From Catajapyx aquilonaris (lineage: Eukaryota): 44,146 bases of DNA. The position numbers and the translations under genes are program-made. Positions 25,887-38,735 of the stretch are shown here, piece after piece. A model generated the notes under the pieces. The model saw only the letters and a list, made by a program, of their open reading frames with translations. It had not been told where the DNA came from and searched no databases. The DNA lies in NCBI GenBank assembly GCA_000934665.2, contig JYFJ02003269.1, forward strand, positions 1 to 44,146. The letters run 5' to 3'. Within the stretch, counting starts at the first letter, position 1, and every line of letters starts with the position of its first letter.

Positions 25887-28800
25887 TGTGGAGGAGGCCT
25901 GCCTAATGCTCATCAATACACACAAGTCATGACTTTTGTCTCGTACACATGCTCGTCTCCGAAATCTCCAAGTCAAAAATATGCGCTACTTTGTAACTGT
26001 ACACTAGTCTGTAGTGCGGGGATCGGTGGTCTTGTCGTCTCCGACAACTATACATACGCACAGTAAGATTTCCTAGGAAGTGTTATGGTACAGTACCTTA
26101 TCCAAAAATAATAATAATAATGTGTCGCAGTTAACCCAAGTCAATCTGGATTCCACAGGGTGTGCTCGGATCTTGTCCTTAGATGCAAATGTGAAGGAAT
26201 TATCAGTTCCCTTTAAAAGCTGCAGTCCTATATATAGCCGATTCAGAAGTAGAAATACTGTTGTCTACGAGGTCTTTCCGCGAGGTTTGGAACATCAACA
26301 CTGTCTACCGAACTATAACGTTATTGTAAAGAACGGCAGTGGCAGACCAATCGGAGGGCAGAATTATTCCGCAAGCTGCCAAAAGTATCGGACAGTTTTC
26401 GGTATGTCTAGTCCCTCACTTGCTATAAAAGTCACTTTTACATTGGCGGTAACTGATGTTGCCTTTCCAAATAATCCACTGGAAGATCTCACTTAATTTT
26501 AGAAAATGATAGCCCTTCCGAAATTGTTGTTATAATTCTCTAACGCAATGTTGTGTTAATAAACAATATATTTTCAAGAAGTTAGACCTAGATGTGTAAG
26601 TCTTCAATCCCAGGCTATTGCTAAGAGACAATTTACCATAAAATGCTGTAAGTTACAGTTGACTGTTTTGTAAAATGATAAATGTTTTTACCAATCCTGA
26701 ATTAGTAGAATGAACTTGTTTTTGGTTGTCCATAACTAGCCCGTAGCCAATCACTCCACCAAATTACGATAACAATCAGAGCGTAAATCATTGTGATAAA
26801 AGCTTGTAAACCTGGACGCCTTGAGCTTGCATCTGAAGCAACTATTTGAAAAGTAATTTAAAATTATGTAGTAATCACAATACGCCCTATTTAAAAACCG
26901 GAAGAAAAGTGATTCCTCCAGAATACTTTCCCCTTAGAAAAGCATGCAACCCCAATTAGCCCTTCTCTTTGAGCCTAGTCCCGAACACGGTAGTTGCATA
27001 ATGAAACAAAACTGTGCCTAAAGCCAGCACTCCTGGAGTTTGAAGGAGATGCCACTGAGAAGGAGGCAAGAGACGCAGCTAGCTCCGTATTACCTCGTTT
27101 GTAACGTTATTTGCTCCGAGGGAGTGAAAGGAAAACAAAGTGAATTCAGACGAAAAATCAGATGCAACATAGCTCTCTAAGAAGTTCTTTCATGCTCCGT
27201 TGCACAAAATCCTCTACTCCTTTCCACTCATATTCTGCATGTTTATAACTAGCCTGTTTCTTCGCAGGGTTTTTTTTTCTCCTAGCAGTTCTAGCTTCGT
27301 TCCAAACTCTGATTTACTCTTTCTTTTTATTCGCGTCAAACTTTTTGATCTGCTCCGAGGACGTGACAGGAAGTGACAATGTTTCACTATGTTAAAGTTT
27401 TCAGTGTTCTGTAGCTTCTCCGAGTAGGTTTCACACACAAAAAAGCCAGCTTTTCTGCCAAATTCTGGAGCTTGCAGAATTCATAACTACAGATCAGGGA
27501 CACTTAACACTCCGCCTGCAGATATTCTTTTTATAGTCTTTCAAAAAGTTTACAAATTGCTACCTCAACTAGGGTACTTTTTACTGGTGAAATGAACATG
27601 CATCCGGCTTATGATTGCACTGTTAAATTGTCGTATTGAAGGAGTGTCATTAGTTGAGCTACATGTTAGACGCTATAACTGGTAGTGCCTAATATTACCT
27701 AATTAACCAGAAAACAAACGACAGGTTTGCTGAAATTCGATTGCACTAATTTAGTTTACAATTAGCTTTGCAATACCTACTCGGATTACAAACGTTACAT
27801 ATATTACAAGCCTGAATGTAATTTTAAACAAATAGTTTTAGAAGTACTGTGTCAGTTTGCATATTCACACTTGATATATATTATTAAATTTTTATCGCTG
27901 CTGCAAAAGCTTATTTAAGCCAAACAAAGTGGCGTTTCTGTTACATTCTCTTTGTGTTCCTGCCTTTGGGCAAGATCAGTGTCATGACTCATGAATAAAA
28001 TTGTGCATATATCGTTTTTATAGGTCCTGCAAAAAAGGGAATGAAAATAACTATAACTGAGAAGGATAAACAACAAAGCCGTATTTTATGCACTAGTCAC
28101 TCTTTAAGTCCTATAATCTTAAGGATCCGCCAATAAAAGCCGGCCGCTTCGGGACAAAAGACAGAGCCAATCTCTCCTCTTGGCAGATCCTTAACTCATA
28201 AGACTAAAACTAGTGCTCAAACCCTCTTTACCTGCAATATTTCATACATGCCCTCCACTTCTGTGTGCGACACTGATTTGGTACATCCAATTTTTCATAT
28301 CATTGGACAACAGGTCACTCTACTTTTAAACCGCCCTCAGATTAATCAATGCTGCATGAGCTGATATATGTTCCTGGCTGCTTGATATTCCTAAATCCCA
28401 CATATATTCCGCAAAAGAGTGCAAGTTCCTGTTTTTTTATTATTAAAAAAAACTGTACTTTGCTTTATTGGTGTGTGAGCCAAGTTTCTTGAGAAATACG
28501 TGCTTTTTGTGGTTATCGCGCAAAAAAAAATCAGCAAAGTAGAGGTTCTGAAACAAACAACGTATATGAAATCAATACGAAAAGCAACAATCTGGCAGCA
28601 AATTCAATCCCGCAGAAGGTTTGGACAGCTCTAAGAAAGCAGTCGATTGATCACTTGGACTCGACCCTGTGATGTAAAAAGGTCGGAGGAAAAATCGACC
28701 CCAATCAAACATACTTCCTGTTAAACTTTACAGATTGGGCACTTCGGGTGTTATGACGCCTTTACAAAAACTTTCGCAACATGGAGTCTTGGCTCCTTTC

Positions 28801-31800
28801 TCTTACAAGCTCTCTTTTCAGTTTCCTTCGGTGTACAACTGTGATATCTAACATGTTAGTATACAAATTTTACTAAGTAGAGCAATAAGAGAATTTTAAA
28901 TTTCCCTATATAAAACTTCACTGAACAGGGTATGAGTAGGAGCGAGTTTTCATGGCAGCTTCCATGACGTCATATTTTCTTTTTATACAAAAATGTCAAA
29001 ATATACATACCAAAAATGCGTATTAATAAGTAGAGGGACTTTGTTCTATTTTGTCTCTCTTCACAAGGAAGTGTACACTACAAGTGCAAGGGAACACCAT
29101 AAAGACTTGCCTTTTTGTGGAGATATACTGAGTACATAACCTATACATGTAGTGTGATGTAATAATGTGACAAAACCGAATCATTTAACCATGTCCCCCT
29201 TTTTGACGGACTGAACAAGGTGCTTAAGGAATCTTCCGGGGCTGGTTTGGCCAATTTTCAACTCTCAAATCGACGTGAACGTATAATCACTATTTGTGAA
29301 GCATGAGTGTATGTCGAACGTTTTGGATCACGATGTATCTCTGTATACGTGTTATGTATACATTACATGTGTAGATGTGCGTTTACACGGCCAGAAGTAT
29401 CTCATAGTTACCAGGAATTCCCACAACCGGCGCATAGGCCTTTGTAGTTAAATGGTGATAACGTTTTTAAAATAATAAGTCTTAAAAAAGCGAACAAAAT
29501 ATGGCAGTCTAAGCTTACATGTTGAAGAACCCTATTTTATAACTACTTCTAAGGTGTGAATTAGCCTATTCTCATAATAATATTTTATAATTTAACGCTG
29601 CCGATAATATTTTCGGTGATCTATGGCCATCGCTGAACTTTTTCCCAGCAAAAACACAATTATATCTCTCGCAAATATAAGTGTCATTCCAATTAGGCTC
29701 ATTGACAGGGGACACAAATTCCTGGTAACATGACATTTGTTAGCTGTTCAAGTTACACATTCCAGGGAAGGACTGAGGTCCACAAACAGCACGGGTGAAA
29801 AACGACTACTCTCTTATCTTATCCTAATGATGTCATTTTAAGGAATTTTACCCAGTGCATAAAAGAATTAATTTGAAGCCAAAGTTATGAGGTGCAATAA
29901 AGTCAAATGGATGGCTGGTGGAGGATGAGAAAAGGGAGGGATGGGCTATCAGTCTCGCGGAAGAAGGCCCAGATGGCTTCAAATTACTGCCGCCAGAAGC
30001 CAACCATTTGTCTTCCGCCTCGTCCACACACCCTCCACCNNCCCCCCCCCCCTCCCCAACACCTTCCCGGCCTCCAATTTTCTTGGATGATGACGTGTCC
30101 GCCCTCAAACACCCCCCTTCCTCATCCCTCCCCCTCCTCTCCACCTAATACCGGCGCCAAATTCCTGGCAACCTTTCAATCGTATGTAATGGACACCCCT
30201 TGAAGAACATTGTCCTCCATGAGATAAGGGCAGTGCTATTTATTTACCCTTCCCCTCCATTCCTTGGCTTTCATTGTGCGGTGTATTGTACATAATTACC
30301 TGTGTATAGATTATTCTATGTATAGGCCTTCGACTGACAATTTTTTGTTTATTTCTTAGAAATATATTATTATTCTACATGGTGCTTCTTTCTTTGCAAT
30401 TGTGTTTTCTTGTAACCTCGCCAGAGTGAACTCTATTTGCAGAGTGCATCGCAGATCCTTTTATGATTCCCATTCCATAGGGCACTGTGTTGATAATGAA
30501 TATAATAGTAATTGTTTCTAAATACTTGTAGCAGTTCATTCACAGAGTGCGAGATTCGCCACGCAACATGACATATCGGGAGTGGAACAATCGTTCATCA
30601 CTGGGAAGCAATGTCTGGTTTTTGATGAGTAAGGTAATGATTTTTGTAAGAAGGTATATGGTTATTCTAAGTGACCAGTGCCGACATACAGTTTAAAAGC
30701 CACGCTAATATCAAAATAATTGACAATAATTTCATTATGCAAGTATCATTTTTATTGATAATCACGTAGCCTACATCTACCCTGGGAGGTTACCGACCTG
30801 CAACCAGCCAAAATATACTGCATTATAACAGTCATAAACTATCAAACGACAATAACATTGCGAAAAGCTGCAGTTTTATGAGAAAAACATGTGACTGCAT
30901 GCACTGTAAAATGCTACACCTCAATAACTTTGGGCAGCAGGTGGCGCAGAGGCCGCCATTAACCTCAAATCAAATTAGGTTGTACAATAATATTACAGCA
31001 TACAGTATTTGAATATTCCATCGCATGGCTCGTCTGTTTTGGTTGGAAATTTTCTATACCTTGCACCGTGCCATTTGTAAGTCAACTAGGTGAAATGTCA
31101 ATATTCTGCATTCGAAACCAGTCCTAGCACACTCTTTCTCTTTCAAATATTCATAATTTACAATATTTGTATAGAACTAATATTGCATTTCTGCAAATAT
31201 CGGATCCCGTATCACCTCTACAAAATAATATCCTGCTTTGTAACACTCTCATGCATATTTTTTAGAATTGGAAACTACACAAGCATTCAAAAGGAAAAAG
31301 AGAGATAGATGCCTAAGAAGCGTGACCCTGAACTTTCAGGGGGGAAACGATGCAGATAAAGGCCTTGTCCGTAATACCAGTTCAATTTCGACAAAGGTCA
31401 AATGTCCCATTTTGAAAAGGGTCGCATCATTTCCAGATACATGAGACAAATCGAATCACCCTGAAGTGCGGGTCCAAGAAAATTCCATTTCTTCCTTCCT
31501 CAATTCCTACGTCCCATCAGTTCACTAACTGCCGAGAAGTGTCCAAAACAAGACTTACATGAACGAAATCCCCCAGAGTGTCGTCGATAAAAGAGCAGAA
31601 GTGGCTTTAAAGTGTAGTGTATATAGAGGAACCCAATAACCGACAAGGGCCATTGGATCACTTTGCAGAAACAAACAAGAAAATTTCCGTCGAAAGTAGA
31701 AAAGGCCTCAAAGCCAAGTAATAACAATAGCGTGGCTGCGGCTGCCCTTCCTCCTCTTTACTCGCGCTATTGACTGTATTTCAATTTTAACAAAGCGGTA

Positions 31801-34800
31801 GGTTTTCATATTGCCCTATACCCAGTGAATAGAAACTTGAAAGGAACGATTGGTTCAAGACTCGATCGATAGATCTAGTCGTCTTTGTACTTCCCCTAAC
31901 TGCAGCCTACTAAAGGTTGAGTGTTATGTAACTATACGCACATTACAACAATGCAAATATTACCAGATTTTATTCGAAGGGTGTGTAGTTTTAAAGGGAA
32001 ATGCTGCATTGAATCTTATACGGCACTTTACCGGCAGGATAAATCAGAAATGAAGTTACATTTTTGCATGTGTGCCACATGTCACATACGCAAAGAAAAC
32101 TTCACATAGGCCTACTGCATTCGTTATTATTACTGTGACATGAAAAGGCTTCCTGCCTGGATCGGCCTTGCCGCACCTTTAATGTCTCTCAGTAGCGAGC
32201 CTGAAATGTTGTAACCTGACTCTAACAGGAAAGTACTGTATAATTCGATCCCTGTGTGGATAGGACATGGACGAATGGGTTCCAGGTCAGATCCTCCTCT
32301 AAACTGGCTGTGTTACACGAGCAATTTCATCCTGACTTGCATGCAACAACACGCCTGAACAACATGAAGTATAACCTGCAGGCGTAAAGTACAAACAGCT
32401 ACACAAGGAATGGCCAAACTCTGCTGAAAAAGTAGTCCTACGTCGCGTCGCGTCGCGCGGCTGAACAAATTCATGAGGCTTGCATGTTCGAAAAATTGCA
32501 TACTTTTAGTAACTAGAAAATCCTCGTGTGTGCAATCTCCATGCCCATATACGTTAGAGTGATTCCCGGTAGTTAATCTTTATAGACCGCTGCTCTTTTA
32601 ATGTCGAGTCGCTCCCGCGAGCAGGAGTCATTATTGACAAGAGTGGCCGAAAAAGTTAGCGCAGCGAGTGGCCTTTAAACGTGCAAGAGTGCTGCATTAG
32701 GATATTACTGGCTTACCAGCATGCCAGTGAAGTGAAGTCCTATTACAGCTGCTGCTGGCCACCTGACTAAATAGCCTCATACCCATTCAATTACGAGGGC
32801 GATGTTTACTCATTTGCAAAATTATATTATTGGACAACTTAACCATTGCCCGTCATAATACTGAACTATTATTATTATGCGAAATATCCATGTTAGTGGC
32901 TATAACCGTTTGCTGAAAACAAAACAGTATCCATCAAAAAACAACAGTAAAAATGAAGACGTCTTGTGAGAGACAAGAAAAGTGAGGAGGCAGGAAGCGG
33001 TGAAGAAATTCAATGATTATTTATGAGCCTCCCATCATCACCGTTACAATTTACGGTATGTCAGAAGAATGACGACACCCTGTGCCTTTCCCGACACTGT
33101 GAATCCTGCGTGTCGCCACACCAGCCACTGCATACCGTATAGGTTCCTCCGCCGGATTACATTGTGCCATTGATCTGTTTAATTATGCCGCGCGCATTAT
33201 TTATTTCCGCATTTAAGAAGAAACATGTGTTCAGAAGCAGGCTCCGAACTCCAAAATGGAGCACTTAATCTATTCCGGCGGGCAGGAGAAACCGAGAGAG
33301 AAACATTAAAATTCAAATCGGACAGATTTAACCCTAATAAATTCTCATTGTGGGAAGCAGGCGGCGGTAAATCTCAACCACGGGTTTTATTCATGCATAG
33401 TAGACTCCAACGGATAATAAAATGAGTGGGTTTGTGTGTTTTAAGAGATTAGACGTCAACTTTCCACAGGCTGCCACTTGGATTACTCATTTCTATTTTG
33501 TCATCGACGGAGGACCGAGTCAGAAAGTCGCTGTTAATCCACTGTACATAATGCAATCAGGCAAGACGTGGCATTCTTCATCAATACCGTGTGGATATTA
33601 AGCAGCTTCGACAGGATAAATTAGACAAGTCTTAATATCCCAAATTTTAACATTATTATATTTAATCCGTTCACAATCGTCATGACATACCCGCATGCTG
33701 TCATTAGAAGCATTGCAAATAAGTCGCGTAACCTTTTTTTAAGTAGCTCCAAAGCAGTTCATTCGACGACGCTTTAACAACTGGGTATAGGTATATGAAT
33801 GTAACCATTAACTGCTCAACACTGACTCTTCAGCACCATTACGGCTCATCACCCCCACCACAGGCTCAATCCCCGTTTACTGGGGGAACAATCTCCATCC
33901 CGCAATAATGGGCAAGCTCTTTGCCGAATGGTTTTACACAGAGAGAATTCAGCTCTTCTCTCATGAATCGGGTCTTGATTTTACCTGATGGGATACGTCA
34001 GGGAGAATTCAACAAAAACATTTCCAAAATGTCATCCAGCTTTTTTTGTGTTGTTGTCTGAGAATTATTGATTAGTAACGAGATTGCTCCGGGTGCACTA
34101 GTGTAACGCGTGATTATCTGTATCATGGGACCAACGGGTCCCGATTGAGGTCAAGGCAAAGGAATTTCAGCGATAAAAAAATATGTCCTTATACTTTCGC
34201 TTCACATCTCGGTAGTTATACTTCTGTCAATCGAATCCACAAATGGTTCAGAGATTCATGAAATATGCAATAAATCATTATAAGAAATTTTTGGGGGGCA
34301 AAATATTTTTCATTTATATAGTAGGTTACAACATACAGGCTACCATTCATTATAGACACCACATCATTGGATAGTTCTGCCATCGGCATTTCTGGGCTGC
34401 AGAAGCCACGCACAAGTTTTATAAAATAATGATACATGTTACACATGTATTCGGCCTATTATCCTTAGCCCTGGGACCGTGAAGTATATGCCCATGACGT
34501 AACCAATAATTTAATATGCGTTTATATTTGCATCGTACATTTTACGAGCTTTTATAATTTTACCTCGTAATCTATTTTCAGGAACCGATCATTCCTTTAA
34601 TATTGTACCGGCACTTAAAAAGTCACTGTTTCGAAACGATCCTCAGTCAATTTTTGCCTTTTAAAAAGTTAAAATAACTTCTTGCTAGGAGGTTGTTAAT
34701 TATTAATTGTTTGCGCAGTCATCCCGCCACAGGCCACACATTCATTCCCTGGGTGATTTCTGCATCTAATGACATCCCAGTTTAGATAAAAACTAGGAAA

Positions 34801-35015
34801 TCCTGTTTTATAAAGTTAAAACGGCAAGTTCTGGCGGAGGGACGCATACGTTACCTGCCAAGATATTCCATACCCTTGCTGTTGAAGCCCATTTTATGTA
34901 ACATTATCCCAGCAAAGAGGCTGAATGTAATCTGAATTAATTCGGATCACTTTTAGAATCGCACAATATGTGCCGTACGTATCTTCCCTCCCTTACTGGT
35001 AGATGTCGCAAGCGA

Positions 35016-35021
35016 TCAGTC
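35016..35021 (+). promoter_or_regulatory. Candidate arthropod initiator (TCAGTC) for p53
   Basis: TCAGTY match 23 nt upstream of the candidate first ATG (35044) in a GC-richer patch. Short motif, so weak alone. Confidence 0.3.
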
Positions 35022-35043
35022 AGCTTGAATCACCCCCAACCTC

Positions 35044-35082
35044 ATGATGCTTGCGGCTGCGAGCTCAGACTCGTCCGAGCAG
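35044..35082 (+). CDS. p53: Candidate p53 first coding exon (MMLAAASSDSSEQ)
   Basis: ATG at 35044, phase-0 donor cag|gttggc, joins in frame to the acceptor ccttcacag at 35191. Confidence 0.4.
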
Positions 35083-35191
35083 GTTGGCTCAGGATTTCTC
35101 CAACCAACCGGCCACGCACGCACACTGCATTGCCTTTCATTGCCTGCTGCACGTCCGGAAGGTGGGAAACGTGTTTACACTGCCTTCACAG

Positions 35192-35272
35192 TCACTCATT
35201 GCTTTTGGCGCCATGGACGTCTTCAGCCATGCAGTTGTCAAGGTGGAATCGGAGACCACGGACCAATTCTGG
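35192..35272 (+). CDS. p53: p53 N-terminal exon (SLIAFGAMDVFSHAVVKVESETTDQFW); alternative start at ATG 35213
   Basis: Acceptor at 35191, good Kozak context gcgccATGG at 35213, phase-0 donor tgg|gtacgt. ETTDQFW loosely resembles the p53 TAD motif ETFSDLW. Confidence 0.55.
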
Positions 35273-35464
35273 GTACGTACGTCTCATTCGGTCTGTTCAT
35301 ATACCAGCCATCTCTGATTCACAAGGGAGCTTTGAAAGCTATTTCGTCACTAGTAAAAATATATTTAAAAAATCGGTGCTTCTAAAGCTCGTTTGTTTAT
35401 CACCATATGTGATCATGCCAGATAATGGGTAGTAAAGGCACTTTTAAAGCTTATGTGGCTGTAG

Positions 35465-35578
35465 TGTGAGTATGAATGGACCTTCATAATTATTACAAAT
35501 GGCCTTGAGAGTTGCTCAATGCCATACTCCCTTCTTGAACTAGGAACTTGGGTAACTCATCCTGAATATTTACCAGAG
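35465..35578 (+). CDS. p53: Possible optional p53 N-terminal exon ending ...TWVTHPEYLPE (5' boundary uncertain: 35465 or 35544)
   Basis: Strong phase-0 donor gag|gtaagc at 35579; frame open back to ctgtag at 35464; second acceptor cttcttgaactag at 35543. Confidence 0.35.
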
Positions 35579-35740
35579 GTAAGCTTACCGGTATCAAACA
35601 ATAGCACCAGAGTACTTGTCATGTTGGACAAACATTATGCGCATCTCCATATGCATGTGAAGTTTAATGAACCCTTTTTATCCTGAATAAAATATAAAGG
35701 GCATAACTTATAGTGTTATAATAATCACAGAAAATATGTA

Positions 35741-35838
35741 CTATCGGCACGGAAATGGTACGGACACTAAGGGATAAGCTGACTATTGACATTAGCTCTT
35801 GCTATTGACAAGTGTCCTTACCATTTCCGTGCCGATAG
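35741..35838. mobile_element. 98-bp TA-flanked MITE (Tc1/mariner-type) in a p53 5' intron
   Basis: TIRs ctatcggcacggaaatggtacggacact / agtgtccttaccatttccgtgccgatag (28 bp, 1 mismatch), TA on both sides. Confidence 0.8.
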
Positions 35839-36047
35839 TACATCTCACTCAGAATTAACTGCTTCTTTACCACAGCCATTCACCAACAATTTCTGTATGC
35901 CAACATCTCAAACTGGATTTTGGTTTACTCTACAAGTCTACATTCTTTATTCCATGTGAAATTAGTGATCCTGTCAGTGACTAAATGCTGTATTTGGAGA
36001 GAATTCTCCACGTTGTAACGAGTCCATCATATTATTTATCCCCGCAG

Positions 36048-36236
36048 GAGGAATCTGATACAGTTGAGGCCAATGATAGCAGCAACTTTGCTGTGCACGA
36101 AGAGCAGGATATGAGCACGCAACACCATGACTCATCATCAGCTACTGGAGAACTGCCTTGCACTGAATCATGGCCTGGATATCTTGATTTTGACATCACA
36201 TTTCCAGGAGGAGTAGGAAGGAAAATTTATTCAGAG
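36048..36236 (+). CDS. p53: p53 exon: acidic linker and start of DNA-binding domain (EESDT...LPCTESWPGYLDFDITFPGGVGRKIYSE)
   Basis: Acceptor ccccgcag, donor gag|gtattg, phase 0/0. LPCTESWPGYLDFDI corresponds to human VPSQKTYQGSYGFRL. Confidence 0.9.
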
Positions 36237-36361
36237 GTATTGTGGGCTTACTAATCCCAATTAGTGGACAGTAAAAAGCATGTGATGCATTCCTTTTCCT
36301 GGAACTGCCTAATTATTAATATTAATGGTACCGTTATCTAACGTCTCTCTTACGTTCTTAG

Positions 36362-36756
36362 TACTCGTCTCTTCTGGACAAGATTTTTGCTGATTCATCC
36401 AGCAATATGACTGGCCAGGTCCATCTCGACTGGGCTAAATGCTCACAACCAAACCAGCTCTTGGTTCGCATCCAGGCAGTGTTTGTGGGGGAACATGCAT
36501 CCCAATTAGTCCAGAGGTGCCCTGTGCATGCAAAGACCCATCGCTGTGGTGGGGAAGAGGAGACTTCAGAAGAGAGGGAGCAGGTCATTCGTCTGGAAAA
36601 CCGAAGGGCAGTCTATCACAGGGATCCAAATAGTGGCAGGCTTAGTGTCACCCTTCAGTTAGAGACACCACAACCTGGAACTGATTACAACATGCTCATC
36701 TTTCGGTTCATGTGCTTTGGGAGTTGTGCAGGTGGAATCAGCAGAAGGCCACTCAG
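36362..36756 (+). CDS. p53: p53 exon: DNA-binding domain core (YSSLLDKIFA...VQRCPVH...FMCFGSCAGGISRRPL)
   Basis: Zn ligands equivalent to C176/H179/C238/C242 plus R175, G245, R248 and R249; acceptor ttcttag, phase-2 donor cag|gtacag. Confidence 0.97.
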
Positions 36757-37039
36757 GTACAGTATACAGGAAGTACCTGTTTTATGCAGCTCCATTTTAC
36801 GCCGTTACACGTTAATGCCGGTTTTAAAATTACATTTGATCTTTAGTTATCGAAAAAATTTGAAAATTTCGAAGATAATATATACACACATCACTGCAAC
36901 ACTTCTGAGTCCAAACACACATCCGTAAAGGGTCTTATTTTGCTTTTCGTGGTGCCTTGTGGCGGGGTCTATCGATATGTACAGTACTGTATTGTTGGTC
37001 TCAGCACTCCCCTAAGTAGGCTACTCGAACCGTTGTTAA

Positions 37040-37648
37040 CCCTTAACTGTGGGGTCATTTCGGACCCCACAATGTAGTTAATACCATCGTGATTAATAAA
37101 TTTAGTATGAAATGAAAAATGGCAGGCCTATATTCCTCAGACATACTTTCTTCGATCCAATGAAAAACTTTGACAGCAGTAGAAATGTTTTTGCCGAGTT
37201 ACAGGTACTTTTATGCCTGGGGTCCAGATATACCCACGTCATAGCCAATGTACATAATTTTTTAGAGAACACATCACAGTGCATCACAGCAAATTGTATT
37301 TTATAAAGTGTGCATATGACAGTAATAAAAATATAAACGATCAGTGGTAATCAAAAAGGTTCTATATTGCAACTTTTTACTGCCATTACTTGCCGTTACT
37401 TACGGCATCGAGCTGGAAGGCTACGAGCTTGTGACGGAGTCTCAAGTCCCTTATGACTCAACTAATGGTCACAGGAGATCCGATTTTTTTTACACATACA
37501 GATGAGAATACAGGTCGAATTTAGCGGAGACGAATAGCTTTAGTGCTGTTACGTCAAATTAAAAAAGAAAAAAGAAAACCGCGTGGGGTCCTTAAAGACA
37601 GCAGGTCGTAGCCACAATGTATGGCAGATTCACGTCGGTAGTTAAGGG
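37040..37648. mobile_element. ~610-bp non-autonomous piggyBac-type element in the p53 DBD intron
   Basis: TTAA at 37036-37039 and 37649-37652; termini cccttaact / agttaaggg; subterminal palindrome gtggggtc...gaccccac on the left, with a gtggggtc copy near the right end. Confidence 0.8.
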
Positions 37649-38461
37649 TTAAATACACAATGTGTACTGCAGTTCTTGCCAAAATAAGGAAAGGAGCCCT
37701 CACAACCTGATGGTCCTCAACCTGGAACCTCCCATTAATCAGTTTCAAATATCCAGCATTAAAAACAGCAACATTAGTACTGTCTATGGAAAACTTTTGG
37801 AAATTTTGGAATCTATCTCATTTACTTACATTATGATTTTGTCTTATTTTACTCCGATTCACTTTGTGCTGCATTTGCGGGAACCAATTAAAGGCGTATA
37901 ACAGGTACTTCCTGTACCTTCATCACGGGTGCTTGAAAATAGAAATTTTAAATATTAATGGGCTTTCGCAATGGCTATGCCAAAAATGGAAAAAAAAAAT
38001 TACATTGTTGAAACAAAATAAAATGGCTTCTCTCTGGCTTTTGTACTTTTCTATCATTTGATCATAATTTTCGAATGATAAAAAGGTGCATATTAAGCAT
38101 GGCACTCATGCTACTCTTGAAAAACAAAATAAAACTACTGCTGTCCTTTAGCATCATGACTCGGCTTCCCCCAAACCTTGTCAACATTGCCCATACAAAA
38201 AGTAATTCAGCGGGACTTGTTACACCGTGGCAGGGTCCCTGAATTTTTTATGACATTTACACAGGCCAGGTCAGAATGCACCTCCAGACTCTGCCATTGG
38301 TGTTTCTTGCATCGACTCTTATTATGCACCCAAAAAAATCTAAAAAGGCTATCATCCATTTCCTAGTACAGTACATCCAGTGGAGTCCCTAGATATTTTA
38401 CTTTTGGGCATGCCAGTAATTATTATTTTACATACTATTTCATTCATTGTGTTTCCCACAG

Positions 38462-38735
38462 GCTTGTGTTCACTCTCGAAAATATGAAGAATCAAAAGGT
38501 CATGGGTCGGAGGAGCTTTGCTCTCAGGGTGTGTTCCTGTCCACGACGCGACAGGAAGAAGGAAGAGGAATCCATTATTACTAGTCAGGCACCCGATCTC
38601 TCATCTGCCCTTACTATGAGGGAAAGTGGAAAGAAAAGGAGACACAATGAAATAAGAACTGAAAGTGAAGTGGAGGCTAGCCTAGATGGGAGCAAGAAAG
38701 TTGTGTGGTCTGCCAGAGAACTTACCATGTTGCCT
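38462..38735 (+). CDS. p53: p53 exon: end of DNA-binding domain, NLS, start of oligomerisation domain (RLVFTLE...LRVCSCPRRDRKKEEE...GKKRR...ELTMLP)
   Basis: RVCSCPRRDR matches human RVCACPGRDR (R273, C277, R280, R282); acceptor tttcccacag phase 2, donor cct|gtaagt phase 0. Confidence 0.97.

Noticed and set aside
25479..25976. Minus-strand 165-aa ORF with a poly-Leu membrane-like segment
   Set aside because: The Leu run is the antisense of the (GAG)n repeat; splice signals and codon bias favour the + strand.
29848..30203. Pro/Gly-rich ORFs around the NN bases
   Set aside because: They arise from a poly-C tract with ambiguous bases; no splice or homology support.
35611..35630. p53 autoregulatory response element in the intron
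   Set aside because: Only overlapping, multiply mismatched RRRCWWGYYY half-sites, as expected by chance.
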